The position numbers were made by a program, and so were the translations under genes. A DNA stretch of 64,000 bases from Nymphaea colorata (Eukaryota): positions 6,572,001 to 6,636,000 of the forward strand of contig NC_045138.2 of NCBI RefSeq assembly GCF_008831285.2, in the 5' to 3' direction. The notes under the pieces were generated by a model. That model made no database searches. It was not told where the DNA came from and saw only the letters and a list, made by a program, of their open reading frames with translations. Of this stretch, positions 59,941 to 64,000 are shown piece by piece; position 1 is the stretch's first letter; every line of letters begins with the position of its first letter.

Positions 59941-62900
59941 AAAATGAGTAGAGAATCTACAAAAGATAGGAATGGGCTTCGCTGCAGGTGATAGGTGATA
60001 GGGATGAGTCTTTGGGCCTCGCTTCAGGTGATGGGATGAATCTATAAATGAGTGTAGAGAATCCAGGGGAGCTTAGAGAGAGAACCCTCTTTCTTGAAAG
60101 GCACAACAACAAAATCGGCCATTAGCCACAGCCAAGCTGTGGCTAATAGGCCTCAAAGTGTTTTCAGCCAGCCTGCTTCCCCTGCCCACTAGATAAGGGA
60201 GCTGTGGTTATAGCCTTAGTGGCTGTTGGGTTTGGCAAGGTAGAGACCGTGGCGGTTATGCGTATCAAACACTTTTAACAGCCACAATGAACACCGTGGC
60301 TGTTATATGAAACAATTTGCATTATGCATAGAAATGACCTTGGCCATTGAGGGTGCTTCATATATATCAACTATAAATTTGAATTTCAAACATAAAAATT
60401 TCTACAACCTTTGTTTCATAATAATCTTTATAAATATTTGATACAATCTAAAATATGAAAAAAATCCATATTGAAACCACCAACAGCAGATGTTGAATTC
60501 ATTCTCCCTCTTTCACTAAATTGACACCACCAATATCATCATAAGCTCCAGGTGGTAGGAATGAAACTTTGGGCCTCGCTCCAGGTGATAGGAATGACCC
60601 CAGAGGCAAGGGAATGGGGAGCCTTTGGGCCTCGCTCTAGATCATTGGGATGAATCCTTTGCTTGTTTAGAAGGGCCAAGAAATACTTGGAGTTCGAACA
60701 AAAAGAAAACAGGCAAAAATTATGATTTCCCAGTCACTCATCGGCCATTGAACTACTACAATATATGGCCAAGCCAATTATCTTAAAAAACAAAGAAATG
60801 CGCATAAGGCCCAAAAACCTACAATATATCGCTTGTAATGTACAAAACACTTGCAAAGCATAGGGCTTTACTCATGACGTGAGGTGGGCCTAGATTAGTC
60901 AGTTGGGGCCATTGCCGGACCTGGCCGAGCCTGTCAGGCTGGCTGGAGCAGGCCTTGCTGGTGGGTCAGGCCGAGACTGACAGTCTGGCTGGAGTTGCCT
61001 TGCCGGTGCGGCCAGGCTAGGCCGGGTCAGGCCCTACAGGGACCTCGCTGGCCAGTGCACGGCCTGGCCAGGTCCTTCAAGAAGGCATTTTCTGATTATT
61101 GTCACAAAAATATGGCTTTTTGGAAAAATATAAAATATTTTGACAAAATCAAGTGCATTTCGGAAATTCAATGACATCTTGGGAACATTTAAGGGTATTT
61201 TTGAGGATTTTGAACGGAAAATTAATGGTTTGGAAATTACCGTGTTGTCTCGATCCTTGGACCTGAAAAGGCTCTGTGACTTGGATTTGGATATGAACTA
61301 GATCCAAATAGTAAGCCAGGGCAACAATGGAATTTTTTAGTTGGAAATGGATACAAGCAATGGATATGGTCTAGAAATGCACCTAAAGTTCAGATCTGGA
61401 CTGGATTTGGATCAAAATCTCTGAATTGATCTAGAATCACAGTTTTGGATTTGAATCTCAGATTCGGATCTGAAATTGCAAATTTGGATGTTAATCTCAT
61501 ATTTGGATCAAAATCTCTGAATTGATCTAGAATCACCTAAAGTTCAGATCTGGACTGGATTTGGATCAAAATCTCTGAATTGATCTAGAATCACAGTTTT
61601 GGATTTGAATCTCAGATTCGGATCTGAAATTGCAGATTTGGATGTTAATCTCATATTTGGATCTGGATTGAGTATAAAATATGGAGTTGGATCTATATTT
61701 GAATCCAGAACGAGGATTTTGATCCGGACAAGAATATGGATATAGATTTTGGATCTTAAATCCAGATCGGCACTAAATTGCCGCCAAGGCTCATAATTGG
61801 AGTGGGTTTGAAGTTGGACTTGGGTCTGGATTCTCTGAAATTCTATTTGGGATCTAAGTTTGAATCTAAGGCTTTGCTTTGGATCCTAAAGCTAGAATTT
61901 GGATATGAAACCTTATCTAGGGATCTGGTTTGGATCTATGGCTGGGATTTGGATCTAGATGTAGATCTAGGGCTTTTGTGATGGGACGCTATATGAGTTT
62001 TTGGACTGGGTCTATATCTGAATTTGGATATTGGGGTTGGGCTTTGGTGGAAAGTTCGGAATTAAATCCAAGTGAGCCCCAAATAGAGTTGACCATCAAA
62101 TTGAACGAGAAGTTTATGAATATTATGGGAAATTGAAGTGTTTGAGACCAAAAATCTTTGATGTTGGTTGTAAATTCAGCATAAAATGCTTGAAAAAAAA
62201 AACAGTCTGAATAGTTTTTTTAAAAAGTTGTGCTGATTACATGTTTGATATATAAATCCAGGCTTATAAATCCAGGCTTGCCTTGTAGAGTGTGTTAGAC
62301 AAGCAGGGAATCTAATTCCTCTCTTGTGAATACTTCACTTAGTAAAAAGTTGATATTGCAAAGCACTTTTGGATGGGAGGAAACTGAGGACGTACCTGAA
62401 ACCCCAAGAAATTGATGGAAGAAAGCTTGGTTATTTTTAGGATGAAATCTCCTCCGCTTCCTCTCTCGCTGCCGGGTTCAGGATTGGATTGCAAAAGGAC
62501 TCAGGTGGGGAGTGGTATGCCAGTCAACTTCAGTACCAAACATTCACTATTTGCAATTTAGAAGTATAACTGACTACTAGACTTTTATGAAAATGAAACT
62601 GACTACTTGACTTTTACATCAGGCCGGCAGTGCGACCAGCAAATGGAGATTGGGAATACAATTGAGGATAAAAGCTGCTCTCGTTTTAGACATGGCTCTC
62701 ATATCTTCTTATGCAGATGTGGAATCGATTAAATCATGGACCAATTTCAAGTATTGCTAATTGACAAGTTGGAGCAGGTTACCCCATGTGATGTCTGCCA
62801 TGCAGCCTTAAAATTAACCTTCAACCTAAGAGTCCTGTGGCTACAACAATTAGATTTTTCAGGGATTCATCTCTCTTTAATTTCTTTCTTAAAATCTTAC

Positions 62901-63002
62901 TTTCTTTGGTTAATCTTTATCTCCTTTTGTCTTTATGATTTCTCTCTCTCTTCAATTTGCCTCTTCAAATCTCCCTTTCTCATAGAATCAAGCCCAAGGG
63001 AA

Positions 63003-63350
63003 GATTTGGAAGTGTGATGCTCTGCCACGTGCAAAGAGGTTATGTTTTCTAGCAGTTGTTGGGAAGTAGTTAACTTTAGACATGCTGAAATATTTTGGAA
63101 TTATTATGCAAATAGAGGTATGATTAATACTGAGGATGAAGAAAATATTGACTATCTATTTGTAAAATGTAAGGTGGTCGTAAGCACTTGGAGATGACTA
63201 ACTAATAGATTTAATGTGGCTTGGAAACAAAAGAGTTCAGTCAAAGAGCTCTGGATAGGGTGGTGGAAGAAGCCCTTTAAGAATACATGGGGAAGGAGAT
63301 GTTGGGAACTAGCATTCCTTACAGCCATCCAGAATATTTGGACATTTTTC
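63003..63350 (+). mobile_element. Degenerate LINE ORF2 C-terminal (zf-RVT-like) fragment
   Basis: IWKCDALPRAKRLCFLAVVGK*LTLDML...EDEENIDYLFVKCKVVVSTW follows the zf-RVT pattern (IWK..P.K...LT.D.L...E...HLF..C...W). Confidence 0.6.
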
Positions 63351-64000
63351 TTCATAATCTGCAGATCTGTGTCAGAAATGATCTAAATGATTGCATCGGG
63401 GAGGATATTATGCAATTGTCTTGCAACTCTAAATTTGTGTTGAAGGTGTAGTGACCACTTATTTATATCTGTTGTGCCCCATTAAAAATGAGAATTTCTA
63501 TAACAGTGCCCTACAGCTAAAAATTTCCGGCTCCGCCACTGGTTTAGCATATATATTTCATATTAAGAGGTTGAAGAATTCTTTAGGGCGTGTTTGATAG
63601 TCTCAGATCTGATCGTAAGGATCAAATGGTATCAACTCACACAGAGAGGGTGGGGGGAGCATCTTGATTATATCAAATGACATTTTAAAAAAAACTGGGT
63701 TTTTTAAATTCCTAGCAGTCTTGCATCAAAATCTTCATGCAATAGCTTCTTTATCTATTAGGTTTGTTAAGGGCAAGTTACAATTTGAAGGGCATAGGCT
63801 TCCAAAATTAGTCCGAAACAAATCTCCCCTCTTTCCGTTGATTATATATCTATTGAGAAGATTGTAAACTAACAAATTTCCTCTTTAATACAACTCAGTC
63901 AAAAATTCATCAGCAAGTACCTTTTTCTCATGTGTTCCTGTAGAGTATATAGGCTCACCACAGTCCAAATTAAGTGGTGGGCAGGTTAAACTTCCAATGC

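Overview
This is AT-rich, repeat-dense plant nuclear DNA, probably from an angiosperm (the species cannot be determined from the sequence). It carries a cluster of three intronless CC-NB-ARC-LRR (NLR) immune-receptor paralogues: NLR1 (+, 11603-15352, with a frameshifted C-terminal remnant to 15870), NLR2 (+, 31266-35024, intact) and NLR3 (-, about 46031-47806, a truncated pseudogene). The most striking signal is in the NLR1 and NLR2 LRR domains, which contain a DNA-level tandem array of 60-bp (20-aa) units alternating A/B. The scaffold is nearly invariant, variation is concentrated in a few codons per unit, and copy number differs (about 24 units versus 8). The intergenic DNA is a mosaic of direct and inverted duplicated modules, GA/CT-rich tracts, microsatellites and transposons. 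The transposons include a degenerate Ty1/copia element whose 3' LTR runs into a second PBS and gag, LINE fragments, a hAT-like element with a paralogous empty site, Tourist-like MITEs and a probable Ogre/Tat-like LTR family. No rRNA, tRNA or CRISPR array was seen. All alignments and counts were made by eye, and many boundaries are approximate.
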